The notes below the pieces were generated by a model, which did not search any database, was not told the origin of the DNA, and saw only the letters and a program-made list of their open reading frames with translations. A program made the translations under genes and the position numbers. DNA of 42,400 bases from Candidatus Pacearchaeota archaeon. GTDB taxonomy: Archaea > Nanobdellota > Nanobdellia > Pacearchaeales > GW2011-AR1. Below, piece after piece: positions 18,695-27,392 of this stretch. Position 1 is the first letter of the stretch, and each line of letters opens with the position of its first letter. The stretch is from the NCBI GenBank assembly GCA_016188895.1, contig JACPGZ010000041.1:1-42400 (forward strand). Reading direction: 5' to 3'.

Positions 18695-18838
18695 CGCCCG
18701 CACCGGGATTCGAACCCGGGTTGCATCCGATCTATGCTATTTCTAGCTATCATAGTTTTTCTGATTCCTAGAACTCTTTTTTCTAAAAAGAGTTGTAGCA
18801 TGACAGGGATGAGTGCTAGGCCACTACACTATGCGAGC
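18695..18838 (-). tRNA. tRNA-Asp(GTC) with a 71-nt intron (18730-18800) at canonical 37/38
   Basis: Acceptor GCTCGCA/TGCGGGC, anticodon stem CATCC/GGATG, GGTTCGAATCC T-arm, complete bulge-helix-bulge (CTGT/ATAG helix, CA|T and AT|C bulges). Confidence 0.95.
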
Positions 18839-18854
18839 ACATTATTATTCTTAT

Positions 18855-18870
18855 GAAAGGTTTTATAAAG
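18855..18870. promoter_or_regulatory. Probably bidirectional TATA box (tRNA-Asp and oxidoreductase)
   Basis: GAAAGGTTTTATAAAG lies ~25 nt from the tRNA 5' end and ~30 nt from ATG 18897. Confidence 0.55.
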
Positions 18871-18896
18871 CTTTTTGGTCAGAGAGATTTTGTAAA

Positions 18897-19574
18897 ATGC
18901 AGCCAAAATCCGAGATTTTCAGTGTGAAAGAAGTCATTTATAGAACCATTAATGTAAAAAGTCTTATTCTTGAAAATAACAGAAAAACAGAATTTACTCC
19001 AGGGCAATATTGCTTTGTAATGATGGATAAAAAATTGAAAAGGCCATTGAGCTATTGCGGTGTAAGCGGAGAAAATAAAATTGAATTAACATTCAAGAAG
19101 ACAGGATATTTTACAGGAAGATTATTTGAGCTGAAGAAAAATGATAAATTAGAAATCCAAGGCCCTTATGGAGGACCGCTTACCTTTGACGAATCTTACA
19201 AGAATATTATATTAATTGCAGGAGGTGTAGGAATCGCCCCCCTTATGTCCATATTAAGAACAGTTAAAAAGAAAAATATAAAAATAAAAGTCAGCTTGTT
19301 TTACAGCAATAAAACTAAAGAAGATATTTTGTATAAAGACGAATTGGATTCTTACAATAAATTTAATATTATATATACAATTACTAAAGAAACTCCAAAT
19401 GACTGGAAAGGAGAGTTAGGAAGAGTTACACTTGAAATGATAAAAAAACACTCAGATATTAAAGATGCTGTATTTTACATCTGCGGTCCGAGAGAAATGA
19501 ACGAAAATCTTGTGAATCAGCTCATGTCAGATGGAATTGAAAGAAAAAATATAAGAACAGAGAACTGGGTATGA
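18897..19574 (+). CDS. FNR-like FAD/NAD(P)-binding oxidoreductase
   Basis: FTPGQY, RPLS, GPYG, IAGGVGIAP, FYICGP; probable start 18897. Confidence 0.9.
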   Translation: MQPKSEIFSVKEVIYRTINVKSLILENNRKTEFTPGQYCFVMMDKKLKRPLSYCGVSGENKIELTFKKTGYFTGRLFELKKNDKLEIQGPYGGPLTFDESYKNIILIAGGVGIAPLMSILRTVKKKNIKIKVSLFYSNKTKEDILYKDELDSYNKFNIIYTITKETPNDWKGELGRVTLEMIKKHSDIKDAVFYICGPREMNENLVNQLMSDGIERKNIRTENWV

Positions 19575-19780
19575 AAAACAGAAATTATAATGCCAACTAT
19601 GAACTCATGAACGATGTTTGCAAGATGCTTTACGAAGGTAACCTTAGGGAACTTAAATCTGATTTAAAATATCACTTGGAGACCAATGGAAAAAGAATAA
19701 ATCCAAAATCAAAGCCGGCAATTTTAAGGGATTTATCAATAATAGAAGAAATGATAGACTTGCAATCAGAAATCCAATAA
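19571..19780 (+). CDS. Hypothetical protein
   Basis: ATGA overlap with the upstream gene. Confidence 0.55.
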   Translation: MKNRNYNANYELMNDVCKMLYEGNLRELKSDLKYHLETNGKRINPKSKPAILRDLSIIEEMIDLQSEIQ

Positions 19781-20461
19781 TCTTCTCTGCTCTGTCTTTG
19801 CATGATGATTCTTCCATGTAGCCCAGCTTTCTCTGAATATGCCTTCTCCTTTTAAAACATTAAAATATTTTTTCAAGAACGCTTCTGTTAAAGGATCAGA
19901 AGGATAGCCAGAGCCAAAGTCATCATGAATATTAAATTCTTTTTTTAATACAACTTTCAATCTTCTTACTTCTTTTTCCCTTGTTGATTTTGCCAGTATT
20001 GATGCTGCTGAAACAGCTACATAATCCCTGTCTGCTTTGTGCGCGCAAATCAGCGAGAGATTTTCTTTATTTTTTATATGAGTAAGAAGATAATTTCTCC
20101 AGCTTGTGATGTTGTTGCTGGGGCAGTCAACAATAACATGCATATGCTCTATGCTTTTATTTAATCTATTCACAATCTCTGCAGCATATAATGCCTCTAT
20201 CTTATTTAGATTAACTCGCTTTTTAGTTAATTTATCATCAATTTCATCTGGAGGAATAGTAAATATCTCATAATTAAGCGCTTTTTTTCTTATAATGCTT
20301 GCAAGCTCTTCTCTTCTTTTTGGAGGCACAAGCTTTGAGTCCCTTACTCTCAATTTCTTAAACTCATCCTCAATGCGCTCATTAATCAAGCATCCTGCCA
20401 TTACCATTGGCCCAATCACAGGACCTCTGCCCGCGTCATCTATTCCAAGCATAAGCTTCAT
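19766..20461 (-). CDS. rnhB: Ribonuclease HII
   Basis: GIDDAGRGPVIGPM, DSK, HKAD, AASILAK, GSGYPSDP. Confidence 0.96.
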   Translation of the reverse strand: MKLMLGIDDAGRGPVIGPMVMAGCLINERIEDEFKKLRVRDSKLVPPKRREELASIIRKKALNYEIFTIPPDEIDDKLTKKRVNLNKIEALYAAEIVNRLNKSIEHMHVIVDCPSNNITSWRNYLLTHIKNKENLSLICAHKADRDYVAVSAASILAKSTREKEVRRLKVVLKKEFNIHDDFGSGYPSDPLTEAFLKKYFNVLKGEGIFRESWATWKNHHAKTEQRRLLDF

Positions 20462-20555
20462 GTTTAAAAATCGCTGAAAGGGTTATTAAATCTTGCATTT
20501 TTCACGCAACACGAAAGGCAAGATTTATAAGCGGTTTTTCTTAGAGTTTACTCAT

Positions 20556-20656
20556 AGCGGGATGGAGCAGAATTTGCTGAATAAGTAAATGCTCAACCTG
20601 GAGTGCTCGCAGGGCCCATAACCCTGAGGTCAGAGGTTCAAATCCTCTTCCCGCTA
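20556..20656 (+). tRNA. Initiator tRNA-Met(CAT) with a 26-nt D-loop intron (20571-20596, position 15/16)
   Basis: A1-U72 acceptor AGCGGGA/TCCCGCT, GGG/CCC anticodon stem, GGTTCAAATCC; TTTATAA box at 20524-20530. Confidence 0.92.
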
Positions 20657-20692
20657 TATAAATATTAATCTGCTAGCTTAAACAAGAAATAA

Positions 20693-21676
20693 TTATTTAC
20701 CAATATGCTCTTTGATGATGTCAATTCTTTTCTGTATAAGTGACAGGCTTTCTGATTTTTTCTTGAAATAGACAAATAGTACAATTATGGCAACTGCGAT
20801 AATCACAATAACAACAGGCAAGATAAATCTTATATTGCTCTTTGTTGACGAAAATATCCTGTTTAGAAGAAAGCTCTGCCCTTCTGTTGAGATTATGTTC
20901 TCCTCGCCATACACCCACTCGCCAGTTTCGCTACATTGCTTTAATGTATCTGCTAATTCCCTTATCTCTCCGACTTTAAAACAAAAATCTCCATCAATGC
21001 ATTTTCCAGTTTCCTCGTGCCTGCATTCAATATCGCAGTAATCCCTTGTGCAGGGATTTTTGTCATCGCATTCAATTGTTTCATTATCTTTTGAGCATTT
21101 AGGCGGAGGTGAACAATCATTATCGTTTTTGTTGTCGCACCCAGGAGCGCAGCATCCATCTCCATTCTTGCATCCGACAGATTCATGAAAGCAGATTCTG
21201 GGAACACCCTGACATGTATCTAAAGTGCATGTGCTATTATCATTGCAGTCTCTAGTCTGGTTTTCAATAGAGCACTCATTCCTTGATTCATGGACGCACT
21301 GGTTTTCAATGCACACAAAGCTGCTTGATACACACCCACAATCCTTGCAGCAATACCCCTCTGATTCATTGCTCTCACATACATTATTTCCGCAGTTAAA
21401 TGGGACTGATATATTCATCCATGCCTTATTTATCTTATATGCAATGGATTTAACGCGTATAGTAACCCCCTCCATTACAGTAAGCTGGTTTTCCTTAAAC
21501 CATCCCTCTGACTTGTCTATCTTGATAAAAACCTCTCCCTCGCCTATAAATTTCATAGTAATTGTCTTTCCACTAAAAGTTTTTGGTTTTCCAATCTCTA
21601 AAAGCTCTTCAAATTCAGTGGCATAAACAGAGAAAATAAATATTAAAGCCGCCAATAATATAATCACCTTTTTCAT
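20693..21676 (-). CDS. Cys-rich surface protein with a signal peptide and C-terminal TM anchor
   Basis: Repeats CNDNSTCTLDTC / CDDKNPCTRDYC; hydrophobic N- and C-terminal helices. Confidence 0.8.
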   Translation of the reverse strand: MKKVIILLAALIFIFSVYATEFEELLEIGKPKTFSGKTITMKFIGEGEVFIKIDKSEGWFKENQLTVMEGVTIRVKSIAYKINKAWMNISVPFNCGNNVCESNESEGYCCKDCGCVSSSFVCIENQCVHESRNECSIENQTRDCNDNSTCTLDTCQGVPRICFHESVGCKNGDGCCAPGCDNKNDNDCSPPPKCSKDNETIECDDKNPCTRDYCDIECRHEETGKCIDGDFCFKVGEIRELADTLKQCSETGEWVYGEENIISTEGQSFLLNRIFSSTKSNIRFILPVVIVIIAVAIIVLFVYFKKKSESLSLIQKRIDIIKEHIGK

Positions 21677-21772
21677 TATCTTAAGAATAAACTTGTCTTT
21701 ATAAGTTTTTAGAATCTTATATACAGGAAAATTTAAAAAGGCAGATGTATTTTTTGTATGAATGAGGTGAAG

Positions 21773-21871
21773 ATGGTGAAAAAAGCAAAAAAAACTGAAT
21801 CAAAGAAAAAAAGCGAGATGCAAAAAGAAAAAAGCAAGGCAAAAGACAAGAATGTGTGTGAATTCTGCTAG
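21773..21871 (+). CDS. 32-aa basic peptide ending in NVCEFC
   Basis: MVKKAKKTESKKKSEMQKEKSKAKDKNVCEFC*; SD GAGGTGA and TTTAAAA box upstream; below the ORF-track cutoff. Confidence 0.65.
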   Translation: MVKKAKKTESKKKSEMQKEKSKAKDKNVCEFC

Positions 21872-22173
21872 ATTTTTATTCTAACTTTTGTTATTCTTCT
21901 TAATATGCATGCAATAATATAAGCATAAAAGAATTGCAAAACCCAGGTTAAAATATCAAAAATAAGGACACCCTCAATTCCAAATAAATCCTCAAATATA
22001 AAATTCACTGGGAAAATTATAGCATTTACAAATTTTGCACCTATACTTGAGCTTTCAAATACAGGAATGAGTTGCAGAATCACAATTATATTCAATGCAT
22101 AAATAACAACAGACAAAAGCAGAATCTTCCATGTCAGTGCGAAAAATCCTCTTTTTCTTTTAACTTTAGCCAT
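21868..22173 (-). CDS. Small membrane protein
   Basis: Two or three TM helices. Confidence 0.65.
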   Translation of the reverse strand: MAKVKRKRGFFALTWKILLLSVVIYALNIIVILQLIPVFESSSIGAKFVNAIIFPVNFIFEDLFGIEGVLIFDILTWVLQFFYAYIIACILRRITKVRIKI

Positions 22174-22221
22174 ATTTTATTGAAACATAATGTATTTATA
22201 AGCCTTTTTTTTGTCTTTATA

Positions 22222-22353
22222 ATGAAGCTTAAGAAATGCAAAAAGTGCAATATTTATACTCTAAAAGATGAATGTCCGCAATGTAAAGAAAAAAGCACTC
22301 TTGCAGGATACAAGTTTATAAAAAAGAGCACTAATTATTCTTTTTTGACATGA
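22222..22353 (+). CDS. Nop10-like zinc-ribbon protein (short)
   Basis: MKLKKCKKCNIYTLKDECPQC matches the Nop10 N-terminal pattern; the C-terminal PxxFSP part is absent. Confidence 0.65.
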   Translation: MKLKKCKKCNIYTLKDECPQCKEKSTLAGYKFIKKSTNYSFLT

Positions 22354-22873
22354 TGTGGCGTTCAATATAATGGCGTCTTGCATTAACAATAAAAAAAACC
22401 ATTATAAAAATTGTCGAAATCATTGCAAATATGTATTTATAATTTTTATAAAAGCTTGCTCCCAAAAAATATCCCAATGATAAAAATATTAGAACATAAA
22501 CTATATTTGATATAATGTCAATCTTCAGAAAATCCCTGAAATTCACTTTTAAAAATCCAATAGATAGGTATGAAAAAACTCTTATTCCGTTAATGAACTT
22601 AATAAAAAAGATAGTTTTTTTCGTAAAAAATTTATTATCGCTTTTTTTAAACCTGCTTTTGATTCTGGATGCTATCATTTTAGGCATCTTGCTGTGATAT
22701 CCTATCTTGTACAGGATTATGTCCATTATTGTCAGCCCAATTACTCCGAAAACCCACGCAATAGGAAAAGACATCTCTCCAATACTTGCAAAATAGCCAC
22801 CAGCAACAACTGCAAATGAGCTAAAGAATATTGTGCTGAACAGGAATACAATATATTTTATCACCTCTATCAT
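22331..22873 (-). CDS. DedA/VTT-family membrane protein
   Basis: AGGYFAS, D...Y.IGY, FIKFINGIR. Confidence 0.75.
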   Translation of the reverse strand: MIEVIKYIVFLFSTIFFSSFAVVAGGYFASIGEMSFPIAWVFGVIGLTIMDIILYKIGYHSKMPKMIASRIKSRFKKSDNKFFTKKTIFFIKFINGIRVFSYLSIGFLKVNFRDFLKIDIISNIVYVLIFLSLGYFLGASFYKNYKYIFAMISTIFIMVFFIVNARRHYIERHIMSKKNN

Positions 22874-22908
22874 TAATTGATATGGAAAAACTTGTTTTTA
22901 AAATTACC

Positions 22909-25356
22909 CTAAAATAATCTTTTCTGCTGCACTGATTCTTGAATCTCGCCATAAACCCCGTCGTAACCTGGCTTTACTTTTAGATTGCCAATTCTATTGT
23001 TGATTATAAGCTCTGCAAGTTCTTGCTTAAATCCTGCATTGATGATATCAATTTTTTCTATCTTTATAAGAACATTAAACTCGTTTCCAAATTTTTCTAT
23101 GAGCTGATTGTAAATCAGCCATGTTTTCTTGCTGCTTAATGAAGATTTTATATGGAACGCAATAAGCTCATGCAGTGGCAGGAGCTTGTAGAATTTCTTT
23201 CTTTTTGCAGGGAAATAGCCAGCAGGCATCTTTGCCAATTGCTCTATTCTGTTATCAACACCTATTGTAAGCTCTTTCCCGCAAACAGGGCATATTCCAT
23301 TAAGCTCTTTTGATTTTGCAGGCGAGCATGAGAAATTGCATGTGCGATGCCCGTCATAATGGTATTTTCCATATGCAGGGTCTGTTTCAATTGTTGCATG
23401 AAAGCTATTTTCTCTTATTTGCTTGATAATTGACTTATATGACAGCGCATCTATGTTTATATCAAAGATAGTTGCTTCTCTTCCAATGCGCCATGGCCAA
23501 AAAGAATGAAGGTCAGAGAAGCTTACAATGCTTGTATTTTCTTTTAATCTCCATATCATGGACGGGTCAGCACTCATTCCAGACTCAACAGCATAAATAT
23601 GCTTTCGCTGCTCTTGAAAGCACTCTGCCAATGAATCAAATCCGCTTTTTGAGCCAAACAAACCGAACCAAGGCGTCATACAGTTATGAACTGTTGCAGA
23701 AGGGGTTACAAAGGAATTATCTTCTTCAACTTCTAAATTATAAACTTCTCCTTCATAATCTAAAGTTTCTATACTTTTAATAGGAATATACACATAATTA
23801 TCATCTAGCCAACCATGTTTTCTATTTAATTTAGTATTGAATTTAATAAATTCCGCCTCTTTTAGTAAATTAAATTTATCTTCATAAAAAGACAACCTCT
23901 GCAAAAAATAAGCATCATAATTAACATTAATCTTTCTTCCATGTATAAATCTCTTATACTTAGTGCCATCTTCTTTAGGTAATTTATAAATAGATGGAAT
24001 AATACCTAACCTTAAACAAATTAATTTCATTTGCTGTGCCAGTATTTCAGAAACAGTAACTCCACTATCTCCTCTCCACCATCCTCTAAATATTTCAATT
24101 TGCTTCTCAAGAGGCAAGTAAATAAAATGATCTGAAAGTTTTTTAGAATGAGCTCGGAGCTGTGTATTGGGTTCATAAAAGAGTTTTTCAAATAAGTTTA
24201 CCAATATTTTAGAATAAAAATAAAGCTCGTAACCATTTCTTTCTCGCTTTTTTCCAAGTTCAACATTGAAACATGTTTTCATCAAATTAATTACTTCTGC
24301 AATATAGATATCCTCATGTTTTCCAAAAGAAAATTGAATGCAATTGGTTTTTTTAGTAATATAACCCTCAGCCAAATAATAACCAACAAGCCTACATAAA
24401 TTATTATCTACTTTTATTATATCAAATATGCCTTTATCCTGTCTTCCAGCCTTTGAATAAATTTTATCCGATTTAACAACAAAATCTTCCTTATTTAAGA
24501 TAGAGGAAATTTTAATTTCTTGAAGATCAGTTGTTTCTTTTTGTCTTGGATATAATAAAACATCATTCACCTCTAATTTCTCAGCAGGTATCCATTCTGA
24601 TTTATAGTCATTATAATGTTTTTTAGTGCATTTATGTTTCCCCTTTGATATACTATTTGGCTTGCATAAACCTCCAACAAATGAGCAATCTTTAACTGTC
24701 TTAATAGCAAAAAAGGGATGTTCTGAAGTTGTATTTATGCCCTCCCTAAAATAATAGGGTTGTATACTATAAATCTTACCTTTATATGGTCTAACAAAGG
24801 TCGCAGTAACCTTTTTATAATTACCCGTATGAGTTAAAACTTTCTCACCAATTTCAATATCTGAAATCTTCTTAGGAGAGGGGTTACACATAATTTTCTC
24901 ATTAGGCAATAAACAATGTGCTGGAATTATCTCAATTTCATCGCTGAGCTTTTTCAAATCCTCAACAAGCTGCGGAGATGTCATTCCGAAAATCGGCCTG
25001 CCGTCATAATCCAGTCTTCCCTTGCTTCCAAGGTACTTAGTAATTTCATTTGAAACATTTGTATTTGGAGAGAATATAAGATGATGCACAGCGCGTCTCT
25101 TTCCGTCTTGTGAATACATCAATGATACTTCTGTCTGCCACAAAAACGGAAATCCAGAGCTTGTTCTTAAAATGCCGTTATCATCCTCTTTCAGTTTTTC
25201 ATCAATCTCCTTTCTCCACAAAGGATGCTGAAAATCGCCTGTTCCAATAATATGAAGCCCTTTTATTCTGGAATATTTTTCAAGAGCATCTATAGTAATA
25301 GCAGGACTGCATGCTCTTGCATATCTTGAATGAATCTGTAAATCAGCAATAATCAT
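22909..25356 (-). CDS. Endonuclease Q-family PHP-domain protein containing an intein
   Basis: DLQIHSRYARACS, GTGDF.HP, DGRP, IPAH..TPWFG.FGS.SG, SFSD.HS, GKYHYDGHR.C, CPVCG, PGYDGVYG. Confidence 0.9.
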   Translation of the reverse strand: MIIADLQIHSRYARACSPAITIDALEKYSRIKGLHIIGTGDFQHPLWRKEIDEKLKEDDNGILRTSSGFPFLWQTEVSLMYSQDGKRRAVHHLIFSPNTNVSNEITKYLGSKGRLDYDGRPIFGMTSPQLVEDLKKLSDEIEIIPAHCLLPNEKIMCNPSPKKISDIEIGEKVLTHTGNYKKVTATFVRPYKGKIYSIQPYYFREGINTTSEHPFFAIKTVKDCSFVGGLCKPNSISKGKHKCTKKHYNDYKSEWIPAEKLEVNDVLLYPRQKETTDLQEIKISSILNKEDFVVKSDKIYSKAGRQDKGIFDIIKVDNNLCRLVGYYLAEGYITKKTNCIQFSFGKHEDIYIAEVINLMKTCFNVELGKKRERNGYELYFYSKILVNLFEKLFYEPNTQLRAHSKKLSDHFIYLPLEKQIEIFRGWWRGDSGVTVSEILAQQMKLICLRLGIIPSIYKLPKEDGTKYKRFIHGRKINVNYDAYFLQRLSFYEDKFNLLKEAEFIKFNTKLNRKHGWLDDNYVYIPIKSIETLDYEGEVYNLEVEEDNSFVTPSATVHNCMTPWFGLFGSKSGFDSLAECFQEQRKHIYAVESGMSADPSMIWRLKENTSIVSFSDLHSFWPWRIGREATIFDINIDALSYKSIIKQIRENSFHATIETDPAYGKYHYDGHRTCNFSCSPAKSKELNGICPVCGKELTIGVDNRIEQLAKMPAGYFPAKRKKFYKLLPLHELIAFHIKSSLSSKKTWLIYNQLIEKFGNEFNVLIKIEKIDIINAGFKQELAELIINNRIGNLKVKPGYDGVYGEIQESVQQKRLF
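23683..24915 (-). mobile_element. Intein (411 aa) with LAGLIDADG homing endonuclease
   Basis: Begins CLLPNEKI; block B TSEHPF; LVGYYLAEG and FRGWWRGDS; VYNLEV...VHN followed by Cys+1; more AT-rich than the exteins. Confidence 0.93.
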
Positions 25357-25368
25357 TTTGTTTGGGGT

Positions 25369-25427
25369 TTATAAGGGGATAACTCTGTATCAGGGTTGGT
25401 AAGGGTTTACCCTTACTCTCCTTATAA
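25369..25427 (+). other. Three-way-junction-like inverted repeat structure
   Basis: Outer TTATAAGGGG/CTCCTTATAA; inner AACTCTG/CAGGGTT and GTAAGGG/CCCTTAC. Confidence 0.5.
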
Positions 25428-25463
25428 TCATTTATTATTCAGCAAAGAATGCTTTTTAAGTTT

Positions 25464-26123
25464 TTATTTAATTTTAAGATTGTAATCAACTAAAACTTCC
25501 ATTAATTCTTTTATAAATCCATCTCTAGATGTGTGTAGGCGGGCAACTAATCCTCCCTTTTCAACAAAATAATCATAATTGCTTAATGTACCTTCTGCAC
25601 TAGTAATATGCTCTTCTGGAACAACAATAATATACCCTGCATCTTTCTTTATCTCTTCTTGAATTATTTTTATCTTGCTCTCAAGGTTTTGATTGTTATT
25701 TCTTTGAAGTCTTGGAAACCTGTTAAGAGAGGATTCAATAATTGCAGGAGTCTTATTTTGGCCTATGAATATAAGTGTCTCGTATTGTGCTAAGGGACCG
25801 GGAGGATTCTTCCAAGATTTTTGTCTCCTTTCCTTATACACAAAATACCTATTAAGCTTGTCTCTAACCCAGTAATAATTTTTATTAGATGGAAAAAAGA
25901 AATTTTTTATGCCAAATTCTTTATTTTCTTGAGATGCTTTTTCTATAGCATACTTTACAAAAATAGTTAGAAATGTTCTCTCATAATGATCTAAAGGAAG
26001 CCCTGATTCTTGATGTCTTGAAAAAGAAGTATGCATCATATACCTGTCTGCTAATATCTCCCAATATGGCTCTACACTTTCTAAATAATCTCTAAGCTGT
26101 TTTAATGATGGTGGTTGTTGCAT
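25464..26123 (-). CDS. Hypothetical protein
   Basis: 219-aa ORF; no motif recognised. Confidence 0.65.
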   Translation of the reverse strand: MQQPPSLKQLRDYLESVEPYWEILADRYMMHTSFSRHQESGLPLDHYERTFLTIFVKYAIEKASQENKEFGIKNFFFPSNKNYYWVRDKLNRYFVYKERRQKSWKNPPGPLAQYETLIFIGQNKTPAIIESSLNRFPRLQRNNNQNLESKIKIIQEEIKKDAGYIIVVPEEHITSAEGTLSNYDYFVEKGGLVARLHTSRDGFIKELMEVLVDYNLKIK

Positions 26124-26208
26124 ATAAATACTAATTTTTATTATCTTTTAAATTATTATTTAATACGATAGATATATTCAATTACATATAAAGGAAGGGG
26201 TCTAAGGA

Positions 26209-26233
26209 TCCGATGCCCTATGGAATGGGCTAT
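26209..26233 (+). repeat. Dispersed hairpin repeat, single copy
   Basis: TCCGATGCCCTATGGAATGGGCTAT, identical to 37893-37917. Confidence 0.85.
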
Positions 26234-27114
26234 TAACACAAAATAACTTCATCTTTGCTGATATAAAGAGTTCTCTCTGCCTGGCTTACAATTCCTCCTC
26301 CATCTTCAACAAGCTGCGGATAATGCTTTATTATTCCATTCTGCTCAAGGATACGCAAGGAAAATAAAGCTCTTGAAGAAAATTCCTTAACAATCCATCG
26401 CGAGCAGAAAGGAAGTGTCTTGTAATTATGCTCAATAAATTGAATAATCTTTCTTGCAAGTTCGTCTCTAACAGGCTTTTTTTTAATCAAAGCATATATC
26501 CCGCTTTCTCCGCCTTCATGAACACTCCCATTTCCATTTGTTGCAAACGGTTCAATTGCATAATACCCTTCCCCCAAAACATTATCATTTTTGTTGTCAT
26601 AATTTGGAACAGTTTTTCCAGCATGAATGATGTAGGGGGCAATTCCATGACCCGACAGATTTCTTATAGGAGCAAATCCATGCTTCATAATGCTTTTTTG
26701 GATTATTTCGCCAGCTTGTGAAAAACTCATCTTGCTGTTAATCTCGTTCAAGACATTTTTCAAAGCCTCTTCAGCCGCATGAATAAGTCTATTGTTATTT
26801 TCATTATGCTCAAGATTCAAGGAAAACGCATTGTCAGAGATATAACCATCAATGTGAACTCCGAAATCAATCTTCAACAATCCTTTTGCAGTTGATTTAT
26901 CATCAATGCTTGGAGTGTAGTGTGCAGCTACATGATTTATAGATGTATTTACTGGAAACGCAGGCTTTCCTCCAAGCTCTTCTATCTTTTTTTCAATCTT
27001 CTCAGCAATCTCAAGCAAGAGCATATCTTTTTTGATAAAACCTTTTGCATATGGAATAATCATTTGAGCTATCTCGCCGGCTTTCTTCAGCTTTTCAATT
27101 TCCTCACTATTCAT
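26233..27114 (-). CDS. map: Methionine aminopeptidase type II
   Basis: AFPVN, AAHYTP, DFGVHIDGYISD, NLSGH, AIEPF, SQAE. Confidence 0.96.
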   Translation of the reverse strand: MNSEEIEKLKKAGEIAQMIIPYAKGFIKKDMLLLEIAEKIEKKIEELGGKPAFPVNTSINHVAAHYTPSIDDKSTAKGLLKIDFGVHIDGYISDNAFSLNLEHNENNNRLIHAAEEALKNVLNEINSKMSFSQAGEIIQKSIMKHGFAPIRNLSGHGIAPYIIHAGKTVPNYDNKNDNVLGEGYYAIEPFATNGNGSVHEGGESGIYALIKKKPVRDELARKIIQFIEHNYKTLPFCSRWIVKEFSSRALFSLRILEQNGIIKHYPQLVEDGGGIVSQAERTLYISKDEVILC

Positions 27115-27168
27115 AAAAATTGGTTTATCTTATGATTTATATAACTTATGTCAGAAATCGGAGATTTC

Positions 27169-27375
27169 TTAATTCTTAAATCCTGTTCTGGCGCCGCATT
27201 CAGGGCAGAATTTTTCATCGCCTGTAAGGTTGATTCTGCACTGGGGGCAAATTGTCGGGTCTTTTCTTTTTTCAATCACAGCCTTGTAGCCAGCTCTTCC
27301 ACTGACAATCTTGCCAAATGCAGATGCGACTGCTTCAGAATCCATGTATTTCCTTAAGTCACGATTGCTTGTCAT
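27169..27375 (-). CDS. Small zinc-ribbon protein
   Basis: CPQC...EKFCPECG; probable start 27375. Confidence 0.7.
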   Translation of the reverse strand: MTSNRDLRKYMDSEAVASAFGKIVSGRAGYKAVIEKRKDPTICPQCRINLTGDEKFCPECGARTGFKN

Positions 27376-27392
27376 TTTTATTCCAATGCCCA

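Larger units (their letters stand above)
2534..18708. mobile_element. Integrated element/genomic island in tRNA-Asp(GTC), ~16.2 kb
   Basis: 14-bp direct repeats at both ends, tyrosine integrase next to the tRNA, visibly higher GC than the flanks, ardC, TA pairs and foreign gene fragments. Confidence 0.88.

Noticed and set aside
18449-18896. ORF-track frames and extended starts overlapping tRNA-Asp
   Set aside because: The region is a tRNA gene; downstream ATGs (18631, 18897) give better starts.
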